The notes: generated from the letters alone by a model not told the origin. DNA of 64,000 nt from an uncultured Bacillota bacterium (GCA_963804645.1 CAWDRG010000009.1:1184001-1248000), one strand, 5' to 3'; positions 20,691 through 33,666 are shown, numbered from the stretch's first letter. Translations and numbers: made by a program.

Positions 20691-22380
20691 CTACGATCCC
20701 TCCGGGCGCGGCATCGTGATCACGGCGTGCGTGCCCCCCGGGCCGCCGAACGTAATTTGGCCCTTGAGGTCGCTGCCGACGAGCGTGTGCACGATCTGCA
20801 GGCCGAGGCCGGCGGACCGGTCCGGCACGAATCCCTGCGGCAGGCCCACGCCGTCGTCCTGGACCTCGACGCGCAGCGTATCGCGCCCCGCGGCAAGCGT
20901 GATCATCACGGTCCCGCCGCTGCGGCCCTCGAACGCGTGCTCCAGCGCGTTCTGCAGCAGCTCGTTCACGACGAGCGCAAGCGAGGTGGCCTGCTGGCTC
21001 GGCAGGCTCAGGTCGTCGCCGCTCACCTTGATCTCGAGCGTGAGGCCCGGCCGGGCCATCGTCTGCCGCACCGTCTGCGCGACGCGCTCGAGCATCTCGT
21101 GGACGGCGACCTGCCGCAGGCCGTCGGCGGCGAGAATCTCGTGGACGCCCGCGATGCTCAGGATCCGGTTGATCGTCTCGGTGAGGACCTCGCGGCCCGA
21201 GACTTCGCGGCCGTCGCGCAGCTGCAGGCGCAGCAGCATCGCGATCATCTGGAGGTTGTTCTTCACCCGGTGGTGCATCTCGCGCACCATCGCCGACTTA
21301 ACCACCAGGCTCGCATTCTCGATCGCGAGCGCGGTTTGGTTCGCGAGCGTCTGCAGCATGCTGATCTCGGACGGCGTGAACGTGTGCCGCCGCGCGGTGT
21401 AGCAGTTGACGACGCCCAGCGTGTGGTCCCGCACGCGCAGCGGCACGGACAGGAGCGACCGCACGGGCGACGGTTCGGGCAGCTCGTTCGTGCGGAAGCG
21501 CGGATCGTCCGCGAGATCGTGGCTGACGGCCGGCTGCCCGGTCGCCGCCGCCTCCCCGGGAACGCCCTCACCGACGCGCAGCGTCCGCCGGGGCCGCGGC
21601 CCGGGGGCCTCGGGGTGGGAGGCGGCGAGCACGAGCTCCTCGCCCTCGAGCAGCATCAGCGTGCACAGCGGCGCCTGCAGCACGCGCGCGGCCATCTCCA
21701 CGAGGAGGCGGAGGATCTGCTCGAGATAGAGCGGAGACGTCAGCGTCTCGCTCGCCTCGGCGAGCGTGCGCAGCTCGAGGATCTGGCGCCGCATGCTGTC
21801 GTGGAGGCGCGCCTTCTCGAGCGTGCCGCTCGCGAGATCCGCGATGATGCTCAGCAGCTCGATCTCGTCGTCGCCCCAGGCGTGCGCGCCGGTCGTCTGG
21901 ACGTTGATCGCGCCGAGCGTCCGGCCCTCCACGGTGAGCGGGACCGCGAGCAGCGATTGGAACAGTGACTCGTGGGTCTCCGGCAGGAGCTTGAACCGCG
22001 GGTCCTGCACCGCGTTGGTGGACGCGACCGGCTCCCCGTGCTGCGCCGCCCATCCGGTCAGGCCCTCGCCGAACTTGAGGCGTGCCGCGCCGACCGCGTC
22101 GGCGGCGAGCCCCGTCGTCGCTTTGAGGACCAGGTACTCGCGCGAGGCGTCCAGCAGATAGATCGAGCAGCTGTCGACGGGCATCACTTCCGCGGTCGTC
22201 CGGGTGATCAGGGTGAGCGTGGTGTCGAGGTCGAACGTGGCGCCGATCGCGCGGCTGATCTCCCGCAGCGCCGAGATCTCCGCGGTCTTGCGGGCGAGCT
22301 CCCGCGCCGTATCGTCGGTGTGGCTCTGCTCGGGCGTGATCGCCCCTCGGCGCGGCACTACGGCCTCCCGCGGCCTCGGA

Positions 22381-22394
<14 letters not shown>
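20691..22394 (-). CDS. Soluble GAF-GAF sensor histidine kinase, HisKA_2 class (PdtaS/EutW-like)
   Basis: Two GAF domains; REMHHRVKNNLQ H-box, NELLQNALEHAF, DDGVG, GLGLQIV; no TM segment; exact start uncertain. Confidence 0.92.
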
Positions 22395-24747
<2,353 letters not shown>

Positions 24748-24788
24748 CACGGAGCCTCCTGGACGACGAGTATGGCGCGGCGTTCTTC

Positions 24789-24818
24789 ATAATACCAAAG
24801 CCCGGACGGGCGATTCAA
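24789..24818 (-). promoter_or_regulatory. sigma70-type promoter of the hppA-kinase-regulator operon
   Basis: Minus strand TTGAAT-18 nt-TATTAT with an extended TG. Confidence 0.55.
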
Positions 24819-24938
24819 GAAAAATCACCCCTTCGGGGCGAAATTCGACGATTTTCGCCGGGATCTTGCGGCGGGGGACCGGATGTGGTAGGGCCGGCGG
24901 TTCGCGCGCCGCCCCAAGGAGCGGCGCGGCGCCGCGCG

Positions 24939-25451
24939 CTAGTGGCCGGCGGCGCCGAGCGGCAGGAAGCTGATCTGGGCGGTCGTGTCGATGCCGTGCT
25001 GCGCAAAAAAGCCTTCGTTCACTTCCAGGGCGTAGCGGTACGGCGCCTTCGAGTTGTAGAACGGGAACGGGCCGTTCAGCGGGTCGGCGGCCACCGGCAT
25101 GTCGAGCAGCGTCACGATGTGCCAGCGCGCGTCCATGAACGCGATCGACAGGGGGATCAAGGTGTTCTTCATCCAGAACGCGTCCTGCTGGGTGTCCGAG
25201 AACGAGAACAGCATCCCGGAGTTCGGCGCCAGCGACGTGCGGCACATCAAGCCGTACTCCTGTGCGAGCGCCGAGTCCGCGATCTCGACCTGGACCCGGG
25301 TGACGTCCCCGTGCTCGTCGAAGCTCAGGACGCCGTGCTTGTACGTAAAGGTTTGGATCGGGCACGCGGGGTTCGCCGGTGCTGTGGCCGAGGCGCTGAG
25401 GGCGAGCGCGAGCACGCACACGGCACCGATGACCGCGGTCACTGTTCGCAT
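24939..25451 (-). CDS. DUF192 family exported protein
   Basis: Signal peptide; VEIAD...GLM.R..L....GMLF.F....FWMKNTLIPLSIAF...YALEVN. Confidence 0.9.
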   Translation of the reverse strand: MRTVTAVIGAVCVLALALSASATAPANPACPIQTFTYKHGVLSFDEHGDVTRVQVEIADSALAQEYGLMCRTSLAPNSGMLFSFSDTQQDAFWMKNTLIPLSIAFMDARWHIVTLLDMPVAADPLNGPFPFYNSKAPYRYALEVNEGFFAQHGIDTTAQISFLPLGAAGH

Positions 25452-25504
25452 CACGTCCTCCTATCCTGAAAACGGGTGGCCGGCCGCGGAGGTTCCCCGC
25501 GGGC

Positions 25505-27067
25505 CTAGTGTACCACGCCGTCGATCCGGCCGAGAATCTCCGGGACCGCCGGATTGTCGTCCGCGTCCTCGATGTCCAGGTGCGTGAGCCCCGCCAGGAT
25601 CTTGACCTCCACGTCCGCGGCCGGCGTCGAGATGTGCGACAGGTAGAACGAGGTCGCGCGCACGGTGCGGATCAGGCCGTTGCCCGCGCCGAGGAGCAGA
25701 ACCGGCACCGTCGTGTAGCGGACCTGGGTCAGGCTCGCGAACCGCCGGGAAAAGTCATCGCTCGTGTCGAGGCCCGACGAGAGGCCGAGGTCGAGCACGA
25801 GGCGCCACGGGACGTACCATTGGGTGAAGTCCGCGCCCGGCTCGAGGATCGCCCCCTCTAGCCCGCGCAGATTGACGTGCCCCGGCGGCACATCCTGGCC
25901 GTACGGCATCCACTCGATGAGCGGGTGGCCGGGCGCCGGCCGACCGCTCTGCATGTTGAGCAGCCCGTTGGGATTGACGTGCCAGGGATCGGGCATGCGG
26001 TCGAAGATCCCCACGGGCGTCCCGATCGAGGCGCGGATGAACAGGTCCGGCTGCGCGACGTCGGAGAGCGAGCCCGCGAACTGGGCCTCGTTGGTGATGG
26101 GCTGTCCGGGGCCGCGGGGGTAAAATGGCAGTACGCTGGCGCGGTCCGGCTCGAAGTAGGCGTACGTCGTCACCACGTCCAGCAGGATGCTGTCCTTCGG
26201 ATGCGCCACGCTGTCGATATCCGCGAACGGGCCGACGTGCCCGCGGCTGCCGACCAGCTGGCGCACCCCGGGGATGTCGGGGAGCAGGGGGATGTGGATG
26301 CCCTCGAGGTACTGCGAACTCGACAGGCGCGGAATCACCGACAGGGGCGCGCCGTCGAGCAGGACGAGGCCGGCGATGTCGCGGTCCCCGGCATACGGAG
26401 ACGCTAGGGGCCGTCCTTTATCGTCGATCGCAACCGGATCCGGGCCGGGCACGCGCCCGAAGTCGTACCCCGCGTACAGTGCCGAGAGGATGCCCCCGAG
26501 GGAATGGCCGCCGAGGAACACCCGCGCGGCCGGGTAGCGGCGGCGGGCTTCCTCGACGATCGCGTGGATGTCGCGCAGGTGGACGTCCAGCCCCCAGTAC
26601 GCGGCGAACGGCACCGCGGAATCCGGCAGCGGCCGGTAGGTCACCCCGTCGATCGCGAGGTTGCCGTAATAGTAGCCGAGCGCGAAGTCCGGATCCTGAT
26701 AGGCGAGCGCGGCCGTGACCCCGCGCCGGTCCTGCAGCAGCGTGGCCCGGGGCGCGACCACCCACACTTCGACCGCGGGGTCGCCCGCGACGAGCGCCCG
26801 CGCGAGAATGTCGAGCGTGTTCGGGCCCGAGTTGAGCCCGGGGACGAGCACGAGCACGCTGCGCGGGGCTGCGGTGCCGACGGCAAAATACCGCAGCGCG
26901 ACGCCGCGGTTGTACTCGGGGGGGGTGTGCGGTTCTTGGGCGCCCGGCACGTCGACGGGCACGCGAAGCACGGTCGGCGTGGACGGTTGGGCGGTGCCGA
27001 TGGTCGGGGCGGCGACTCCAGCCAGCAGGAGCGTGCATGCGAGTGCAAGGCATCGACGACGGGTCAT
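25505..27067 (-). CDS. Exported alpha/beta hydrolase
   Basis: Signal peptide (MTRRRCLALACTLLLAG), LVPG oxyanion loop, GHSLGG nucleophile elbow, C-terminal THLD His. Confidence 0.75.
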   Translation of the reverse strand: MTRRRCLALACTLLLAGVAAPTIGTAQPSTPTVLRVPVDVPGAQEPHTPPEYNRGVALRYFAVGTAAPRSVLVLVPGLNSGPNTLDILARALVAGDPAVEVWVVAPRATLLQDRRGVTAALAYQDPDFALGYYYGNLAIDGVTYRPLPDSAVPFAAYWGLDVHLRDIHAIVEEARRRYPAARVFLGGHSLGGILSALYAGYDFGRVPGPDPVAIDDKGRPLASPYAGDRDIAGLVLLDGAPLSVIPRLSSSQYLEGIHIPLLPDIPGVRQLVGSRGHVGPFADIDSVAHPKDSILLDVVTTYAYFEPDRASVLPFYPRGPGQPITNEAQFAGSLSDVAQPDLFIRASIGTPVGIFDRMPDPWHVNPNGLLNMQSGRPAPGHPLIEWMPYGQDVPPGHVNLRGLEGAILEPGADFTQWYVPWRLVLDLGLSSGLDTSDDFSRRFASLTQVRYTTVPVLLLGAGNGLIRTVRATSFYLSHISTPAADVEVKILAGLTHLDIEDADDNPAVPEILGRIDGVVH

Positions 27068-27131
27068 CTCGTTCCTATACGTTTGCGGAGGGAAGGAAAT
27101 GCCCTGCAACGGCACGAACCCACAGAGCCCC

Positions 27132-28364
27132 GTGGCTGACTATGACGTGATCGTGGTGGGAGCAGGTCCCGGCGGCGCAGAGTCCGCCCGGACCGCCGCG
27201 CGCGCCGGCCTGCGGACCCTCGTCCTCGAGGAGCACCCGACGGTCGGCGTGCCGAGCCACTGCACGGGCAAGCTGTCGTTCCACGCGTTCGACGAACTGG
27301 AGATTCCGCGCAGCCTCGCGAAGACCGCCGTGTCCGCCGCGGTGCTGTACTCGCCGAGCGGCGTCGCGATCCGGGTGCGCCGCCGGCACGTCGACTCCTA
27401 CGCCGTCGACCGGATCACGTTCGACCGGTGGGTGGCGGAGCGCGCCGCGCGCGACGGCGCGGAGCTCCTGACCGGGGTCAAGGTCACGGAGGCGGCGCGC
27501 CAGAACGGGCACATGCTCGTGCGCGGTCGGCGCGGGGACCGTCCGTTCGAGGCCCGCGCGCACCTCTTGATCGACGCGGAGGGCTCGGCGCCGCGTCTGC
27601 TGGAGCCGCTCGGCGTGCCGATCCCGCGGCGCCACGCGTTCGGACTGCAGTACGAGATCCGCGGCATCGGGGGCATCGAGCCGGACACGCCCGAGATGTT
27701 CTTCGGCGACGACGTCGCTCCGGGATTCTTCGCCTGGCTGATGCCGGTCGGCGACGGCGTCGCGAAGGTCGGCCTGGCGGTGGACCCGCGACGAGCCACG
27801 CGGGCGCCGGTCTGGTACCTCAGCCGGCTTCTCGACGAGCATCCGGCGCTGCGCGGCCGCATGGCGGGCGCCGTCATCGAGCGCAAGGTGGCCGGCCGGA
27901 TTCCGCTCCTCGTCGGCGACGCGCCCACGAGCGCGGACCGCGTCCTCGTGGTGGGAGACGCCGCGGGTATGGTCAAGGCGACGTCCGGGGGCGGCATCTA
28001 CTATGCGATGACGGCGGGCCGCGTCGCGGGAGCGGCGGCGGCGCGGTACGTCGGCGGCGATCCCGGCGCGCTCGGATTTTACGAGCGCGGCTGGCGGGAG
28101 CGCATCGGCCGCGAGGTCCGGTTCACCGCGTTCAGCCGCCGCGCGATCAACCGGCTGTCGGACGCCGAGCTCGACACGGTGATGCGGGCGATCGCGGAGA
28201 GTCCCAGGCTGCTCGCGAGCATCGGCGACGCCGGCGATACCCAGTTTCAGTCCAAGCTGTTCGGTCCGCTGCTCTGGGGGTTGGCGGGGGTCACCCTGCG
28301 CCGCCCCGTGGTCGCCCCGCTCGTCGCGAAGGCGCTGGTCGTCGGGATGTTCTCCCAGATGTAG
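27132..28364 (+). CDS. Geranylgeranyl reductase family FAD-dependent oxidoreductase
   Basis: YDVIVVGAGPGG, PSHCTG, DRITFDR, FFAWLMP, VGDAAGMVKATSGGGIYYA; start could be ATG 27099. Confidence 0.88.
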   Translation: MADYDVIVVGAGPGGAESARTAARAGLRTLVLEEHPTVGVPSHCTGKLSFHAFDELEIPRSLAKTAVSAAVLYSPSGVAIRVRRRHVDSYAVDRITFDRWVAERAARDGAELLTGVKVTEAARQNGHMLVRGRRGDRPFEARAHLLIDAEGSAPRLLEPLGVPIPRRHAFGLQYEIRGIGGIEPDTPEMFFGDDVAPGFFAWLMPVGDGVAKVGLAVDPRRATRAPVWYLSRLLDEHPALRGRMAGAVIERKVAGRIPLLVGDAPTSADRVLVVGDAAGMVKATSGGGIYYAMTAGRVAGAAAARYVGGDPGALGFYERGWRERIGREVRFTAFSRRAINRLSDAELDTVMRAIAESPRLLASIGDAGDTQFQSKLFGPLLWGLAGVTLRRPVVAPLVAKALVVGMFSQM

Positions 28365-28415
28365 CCGCGCGAGCGCATGGCAGGATGCGTCTCGCGGCGA
28401 CACGAATCACGCCCC

Positions 28416-29660
28416 ATGCGCGTCATCGCCGATCTTCACCTGCACTCGAAGTTCAGCCGGGCGACCAGCCGGGACATGGACGTCGAGAACCTCGCGAAGT
28501 GGGCCGGTCTGAAGGGGATCACGCTCGTCGGGACCGGCGACTTCACCCACCCGGTGTGGCTGCGGGACCTCAAGGCCAAGTTGACCCCGAACGGCCGGGG
28601 GCTCTTTACGCACGGCGCGCAGCACTTCATGCTGACGGTCGAAGTCAGCAACATCTACCCGCAGGGCGGGCGCCTGCGCAAGATCCACAACATCATCCTC
28701 GCGCCGGGCTTCGAGGTCGTGGACCGGATCAACGCGGTGCTGGCCCGGTTCGGCAGCCTGATGGCCGACGGCCGGCCGACGCTGTCGCTGCCCAGCGACA
28801 AGCTCGTCGAGTACGTGATGGAGATCTCGCCCGAGTGCATGGTGATTCCCGCCCACGTGTGGACGCCGTGGTTCTCGCTCTACGGGAGCAACTCCGGGTT
28901 CGACGCGCTCGCGGAGTGCTTCGGGGACCAGGCGAAGCATATCGTCGCCGCGGAGACCGGCCTCAGCAGTGACCCCCCGATGAACTGGCGCCTGCCGGAG
29001 CTCGACCGGGTCGCGCTCGTGAGCAACTCGGACGCCCACTCGCCGGCCAAGCTCGGCCGCGAGGCCAACGTGCTCGACTGCGAGCTCGACTACCGGGAGA
29101 TCCTCCGAATTTTTCGCGAGCGCGACCTCACGAAGTTTCTGTACACGATCGAGTTCTTTCCGGAGGAGGGCAAGTACCACTTCGACGGGCACCGGTCGTG
29201 CCAGCAGCGGCTGTCGCCCGACGAGACGAAGGCGGCCCGGGGCAAGTGCCCGGCCTGCGGGCGCGCGCTCACGGTGGGCGTCATGTCCCGTGTGGAGGCG
29301 CTCGCGCGCCGCGCGCCCGGCGTGGACGCGGGCACGCGGGTGCCGTTTCGGAGCCTGATCCCGCTGGAAGAGATCATCGCCGAGGCGCTGGGCGCGCAGC
29401 CGGGCACCGGGGCGGTGCGCGACGAATACCTGCGGCTCGTGCGGGAGCTGGGGAGCGAGTTCGCGGTGCTGCTCGACGTGCCGCTGGACGAGGTCGCCAG
29501 GCACACCCGCCCGCGCGTCGTCGACGGGCTGCGCCGCGTGCGGGACGGGCGCGTCGTGATCCGTCCCGGCTACGACGGCGTGTTTGGCGAGATTCACATC
29601 TTCGAGGGAGCCGACGAAGCGCCTCGCGCCGGGCAGCCGGCGCAGACCAGCCTCTTCTGA
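28416..29660 (+). CDS. Endonuclease Q family PHP-domain protein
   Basis: ADLHLHSKFSRATS, GTGDFTHP, PAHVWTPW, ETGLSSD, SNSDAHS, GKYH..GHRSC...CPACG, PGYDG. Confidence 0.9.
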   Translation: MRVIADLHLHSKFSRATSRDMDVENLAKWAGLKGITLVGTGDFTHPVWLRDLKAKLTPNGRGLFTHGAQHFMLTVEVSNIYPQGGRLRKIHNIILAPGFEVVDRINAVLARFGSLMADGRPTLSLPSDKLVEYVMEISPECMVIPAHVWTPWFSLYGSNSGFDALAECFGDQAKHIVAAETGLSSDPPMNWRLPELDRVALVSNSDAHSPAKLGREANVLDCELDYREILRIFRERDLTKFLYTIEFFPEEGKYHFDGHRSCQQRLSPDETKAARGKCPACGRALTVGVMSRVEALARRAPGVDAGTRVPFRSLIPLEEIIAEALGAQPGTGAVRDEYLRLVRELGSEFAVLLDVPLDEVARHTRPRVVDGLRRVRDGRVVIRPGYDGVFGEIHIFEGADEAPRAGQPAQTSLF

Positions 29661-29718
29661 ACGCGGGGCCGCCGGCGCGCGCCCCGCGGGGGCGTCCGGC
29701 GGCCGGCGGCGCGCGGCG

Positions 29719-30882
29719 GTGGTGCTCCATCCGGGCGCCGACGCGCGCGTTCGCGCGGGTCACCTGTGGATCTACCGGGCGGAGATCGCCCGCATCGAGG
29801 GGGAGCCCGAGGACGGCGCGCCGGTGGCGGTCCTCACCGCGGCCGGGCACGACCTCGGCACCGGACTCCTCAACACCCACTCGGTCATCACGGTGCGCCT
29901 CATGGGGCCCCCCGGCGCGGAACTCGACGAGGCGTTCTTTCGGCTCCGGCTGGAGCGCGCCGTCGCGCTGCGCGCGCGTCTCGCACGGGGCTCGACGGCC
30001 TGCCGCCTTGTCTTCGGCGACGGGGATCTCCTGCCCGGCCTCGTCGTCGACCGCTACGCCGATCTGCTCGTCGTGCAAACCCTCACGCTCGGCATGGACC
30101 GCCGGAAAGAGATGCTCGTGCGCCTGCTGAGCGACCTCGTCGCGCCCCGGGGAATCTTCGCCCGCAACGACGGGGCCGTGCGCCGGCTCGAGGGGCTGCC
30201 CCGCGAGGCCGGCTGGCTCGCCGGCGGCGGTCCGACGGAGGTCGAGATCGAGGAGGACGGAGTCCGTTTCCTCGTGGACGTCGCCCGCGGGCAGAAGACG
30301 GGATTCTTCCTGGACCAGCGTGAGAACCGCGCGCGCGCCGCGGAGCTCGCGCCCGGCGGCACCGTGCTCGACGGGTTCGCCTACACCGGGGCGTGGGGCA
30401 TCCGCGCCGCGAGCGCCGGCGCGGGCGCGGTCACGGCGATCGAATCGTCGGCGGACGCGGTCGCGATGGCGGCCCGCAACGCCGCGCTCAACGCCGTCGG
30501 CGGCCGCGTGTCCTTGCTGACCGGCAACGCGTTTGACGAGCTCCGCCGTCTCGTCCTCGCCCGCGCCCGGTTCGACCTCGTCGTGCTCGATCCGCCGGCG
30601 TTCGCCAAGACGCGGGGCGCCGTCGCCGCCGGGCTCGCCGGCTACAAGGAGGTGAATCTCCGCGCGCTCAAGCTCGTGGCCCCCGCGGGGTGGCTCGTCA
30701 CGTGCTCGTGCTCCTACCACGTGGACGAGGCCGCGCTGCGCGACACGGTGTGGAGCGCGGCCCGCGACGCCCGACGGTCGATCCGGCTCATCGAGACTCG
30801 GTTCCAAGCGCGCGACCATCCGGTCCACCCGGCGATGCCGGAAACCCGGTATCTCAAGTGTCTCGTGTTCGCGGTGGATTGA
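29719..30882 (+). CDS. rlmI: PUA-domain class I SAM-dependent rRNA methyltransferase (RlmI-like)
   Basis: GHLWIY, GDLLPGLVVDRY, GQKTGFFLDQRENR, FAYTG, DPPAF, TCSCS, ETRYLK; start uncertain. Confidence 0.85.
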   Translation: MVLHPGADARVRAGHLWIYRAEIARIEGEPEDGAPVAVLTAAGHDLGTGLLNTHSVITVRLMGPPGAELDEAFFRLRLERAVALRARLARGSTACRLVFGDGDLLPGLVVDRYADLLVVQTLTLGMDRRKEMLVRLLSDLVAPRGIFARNDGAVRRLEGLPREAGWLAGGGPTEVEIEEDGVRFLVDVARGQKTGFFLDQRENRARAAELAPGGTVLDGFAYTGAWGIRAASAGAGAVTAIESSADAVAMAARNAALNAVGGRVSLLTGNAFDELRRLVLARARFDLVVLDPPAFAKTRGAVAAGLAGYKEVNLRALKLVAPAGWLVTCSCSYHVDEAALRDTVWSAARDARRSIRLIETRFQARDHPVHPAMPETRYLKCLVFAVD

Positions 30883-30924
30883 CCGGCGCCGCCGCGGCCG
30901 GGCGGAAGGCGCTCGGGTTGGTGG

Positions 30925-30953
30925 TTGCAGTCTGAGAACGGCCGCTATATAAT
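30925..30953 (+). promoter_or_regulatory. sigma70 promoter
   Basis: TTGCAG-17 nt-TATAAT. Confidence 0.75.
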
Positions 30954-30994
30954 GAAGGAGAAAATGAAATCCGGATGTGTTGGTTGACTCAGCG

Positions 30995-31033
30995 GGAGGA
31001 GAGCCGGGCGGACTCTCCTCCTTGTCTCTTTTT
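30995..31033 (+). terminator. Leader hairpin with U-rich tail, putative attenuator
   Basis: GGAGGAGAG...CTCTCCTCC 9-bp stem followed by TTGTCTCTTTTT, between the promoter and the CDS. Confidence 0.55.
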
Positions 31034-31077
31034 GGCCCGGGAGACGTGCGGGTCGTAGGCGCGCGCTCCGGAAAGGC

Positions 31078-32628
31078 ATGGTGAGAGAAGTGGTGGTGTC
31101 TGGCCACCAGGTGCATATTACCGACAACCTGGACCTGCTGCTGGCGGTGCTGCCTCCCGAGACGCGCCGGCAGATCGAGGAGCAGTCCGATCTCGACGGG
31201 CTGCTCGAAGTGGTGCTCGACCTCGGCCGGGAGCCGGAGGCGAGGTTCTCGGGGCGGGTCGTGCGGCTGTCAGACCGGTTCGTGACCCGGGAAGACATGC
31301 TGCACGTGACGAGCCGCGTCGGCACGTTTGGGAAGGACAACCGGGCGGGGATCGAGCGCACGCTGCACCGGATCTCGGCGATTCGCAACCGTGCCGGGGA
31401 CGTCATCGGCCTCACGCTGCGCGTCGGCCGGGCGGTGTTCGGAACCGTGGACATCGTGCGCGACGTCATCGAAGCCGGGCAGAGCGTGCTGCTCCTCGGC
31501 CGTCCCGGCGTCGGCAAGACGACGCTCCTGCGCGAGAGCGCGCGCGTCCTGAGCGACGAGGTCGCAAAGCGCGTCGTGATCGTCGACACAAGCAACGAGA
31601 TCGCGGGCGACGGCGACATTCCCCACCCCGGGATCGGGCGCGCCCGCCGGATGCAGGTGACGTACCCCGAGCTGCAGCACGCGGTCATGATCGAAGCGGT
31701 CGAGAACCACATGCCCGAGGTCATCGTGATCGACGAGATCGGCACCGAGGCCGAGGCGCTTGCGGCGCGCACGATCGCGGAGCGCGGCGTCCAGCTGATC
31801 GCGACCGCGCACGGCAACACGCTCGACAATCTGCTGCAGAACCCGACGCTGTGCGATCTGATCGGCGGCATCCAGGCCGTCACGCTGGGCGACGAGGAAG
31901 CCCGGCGGCGGGGGACCCAGAAGACGGTGCTCGAGCGCAAGGCGCCGCCGACGTTCGACGTCGTCATCGAGATTCAGGAGAAGGACCGGCTCGCCGTGCA
32001 CCACAACGTCGATCGCGTGGTCGATCGGTTCTTGCGCGGCGCGATGCCGACCCCGGAGATTCGGACGCGGACGCCCGAGGGCGAGGTCCGGATCGCCATC
32101 GGCAGCGCGGACGAGCCGGCGGCGGCGGCGAACGGCGACCGGCCGCACAGCCGGGCGGCCAGCGCGCCCCACAAGGTGGTGCGCATCTATCCGTACGCGG
32201 TCAGCCGCAACCGCCTCGAGCGGGCGATCCACGAGCTGCGGGTGCCGGCGGCGATCACCGACACCCTGCACAGCGCGGACGTGCTGCTCACGATCAAATC
32301 GCAGGAGAAGCGGCAGCCGAAGCGCCTCCGGGACGCGGGCACGCGCGGGCTCGCGACCCACGTGATCAAGAGCAACACCCTGTCGCAGATCGAGGGAGTG
32401 CTGCGGGAGATTTTCGGGGTCGAAGAGCGCCTGAGCGGGGAGGAGGTCGCGCTCCGGGAGGTGGAGGAGGCGATCTCCGAGGTGATGTCCTCGGCGCAGC
32501 CGGTCGAGCTGTCGCCGCAGAACTCCTACGTGCGCCGGCTCCAGCACCAGCTGATCGAGCGCTACGGCCTCGCGTCGGAGAGCAAAGGCACCGATCCGTT
32601 CAGGCGGGTGGTGATCTATCCGCAGTGA
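31078..32628 (+). CDS. SpoIIIAA/Ycf45-like AAA ATPase with C-terminal R3H domain
   Basis: GRPGVGKTT, VDTSNEI, ENHMPEVIVIDEIG, ATAHG; R3H RRLQH. Confidence 0.92.
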   Translation: MVREVVVSGHQVHITDNLDLLLAVLPPETRRQIEEQSDLDGLLEVVLDLGREPEARFSGRVVRLSDRFVTREDMLHVTSRVGTFGKDNRAGIERTLHRISAIRNRAGDVIGLTLRVGRAVFGTVDIVRDVIEAGQSVLLLGRPGVGKTTLLRESARVLSDEVAKRVVIVDTSNEIAGDGDIPHPGIGRARRMQVTYPELQHAVMIEAVENHMPEVIVIDEIGTEAEALAARTIAERGVQLIATAHGNTLDNLLQNPTLCDLIGGIQAVTLGDEEARRRGTQKTVLERKAPPTFDVVIEIQEKDRLAVHHNVDRVVDRFLRGAMPTPEIRTRTPEGEVRIAIGSADEPAAAANGDRPHSRAASAPHKVVRIYPYAVSRNRLERAIHELRVPAAITDTLHSADVLLTIKSQEKRQPKRLRDAGTRGLATHVIKSNTLSQIEGVLREIFGVEERLSGEEVALREVEEAISEVMSSAQPVELSPQNSYVRRLQHQLIERYGLASESKGTDPFRRVVIYPQ

Positions 32629-33340
32629 GCCCCCCGCGGCCGGTCCGGCCAGCCCGACCGGCCTGTTCCTAACGCTCGAAGGTCCGGAGGGCGCCGGGAA
32701 GACCACGCAGGCGCGCCGGCTCGTTGAGGTGCTGCGCGCCGAAGGGCACGACGTCGCGCACGTCCGCGAGCCCGGCGGGACCCCGATCGGCGAAGCGATC
32801 CGCGCGCTCCTCCTCGACCCGCGCCACGGCGAGCTCGCCGCCCGCACCGAGATGTTGTTGTTCGCGGCCTCGCGCGCGCAGCTGGTCGCCGAGGTGATTC
32901 GACCGGTCCTCCTCCGGGGTACACTCGTCGTCTGCGAACGGTACATCGACGCGTCGCTCGCCTACCAGGGGATCGGCCGGGGCCTGGGGGTCGAGGTGGT
33001 GCGCGCCGTGAACGCGGCGGGAACGGGCGGGCTCATGCCGGACCTCACGCTGCTCCTCGACATCGAGTCGGCCGTCGGCCTGCGGCGGGCGCGGGCCGCC
33101 GCCGGATCTCGCGGACGGTCGGAGGCGTGGGACGGAGGCGACCGCTTGGAGCGCGAGGCCCTCGCGTTTCACGAGCGCGTGCGGGAGGGGTTTCTTTCCC
33201 TCGCGCGGAAAGACCCAGAGCGCATCTGCGTCGTCGACGCGCGCGGGACGCCGGACGAGGTTCACCAGCTGATCATGGGGCTGGTCCGCGAGCGGCTCGA
33301 CACTGGACGGCAGGCGACCGAAGGGAGACAGCGCCCATGA
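32625..33340 (+). CDS. tmk: Thymidylate kinase; apparent frameshift near the start (C6 run at 32630-32635)
   Basis: LFLTLEGPEGAGKTTQ P-loop upstream of the ORF-track start, REPGGT, ERYIDASLAYQG, PDLTLLLD. Confidence 0.9.
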
Positions 33341-33666
33341 AGCTGATCCTCGCGATCGTCCAGGAGAAGGACTCCCGCAAGCTGATGGAAGGTCTCGTCG
33401 CCGCGGAGTTCCAGGCGACCATGCTCGCCAGCACCGGCGGCTTCCTCCGGGAAGGCAACTCCACGATCCTCATCGGCACGGACGAGCACCGCGTCGACGG
33501 CGCGCTGGCGGTCATCCAGAAGACGTGCCGGGTGCGCGAGCAGCTGGTGAGCCCGCTCCCTCCGGTCGTGGAACCGGTCGACTCCTACATCTCGTACCCC
33601 GTCAAAGTGCAGGTCGGCGGCGCGACGGTGTTCGTGCTCGACGTCGACCGTCTCGTCAAGATCTGA
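33337..33666 (+). CDS. darA: Cyclic-di-AMP receptor DarA/PstA (PII-like)
   Basis: MKLILAIVQEKD, LASTGGFLREGNSTILIG, VGGATVFV; ATGA overlap with tmk. Confidence 0.93.
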   Translation: MKLILAIVQEKDSRKLMEGLVAAEFQATMLASTGGFLREGNSTILIGTDEHRVDGALAVIQKTCRVREQLVSPLPPVVEPVDSYISYPVKVQVGGATVFVLDVDRLVKI

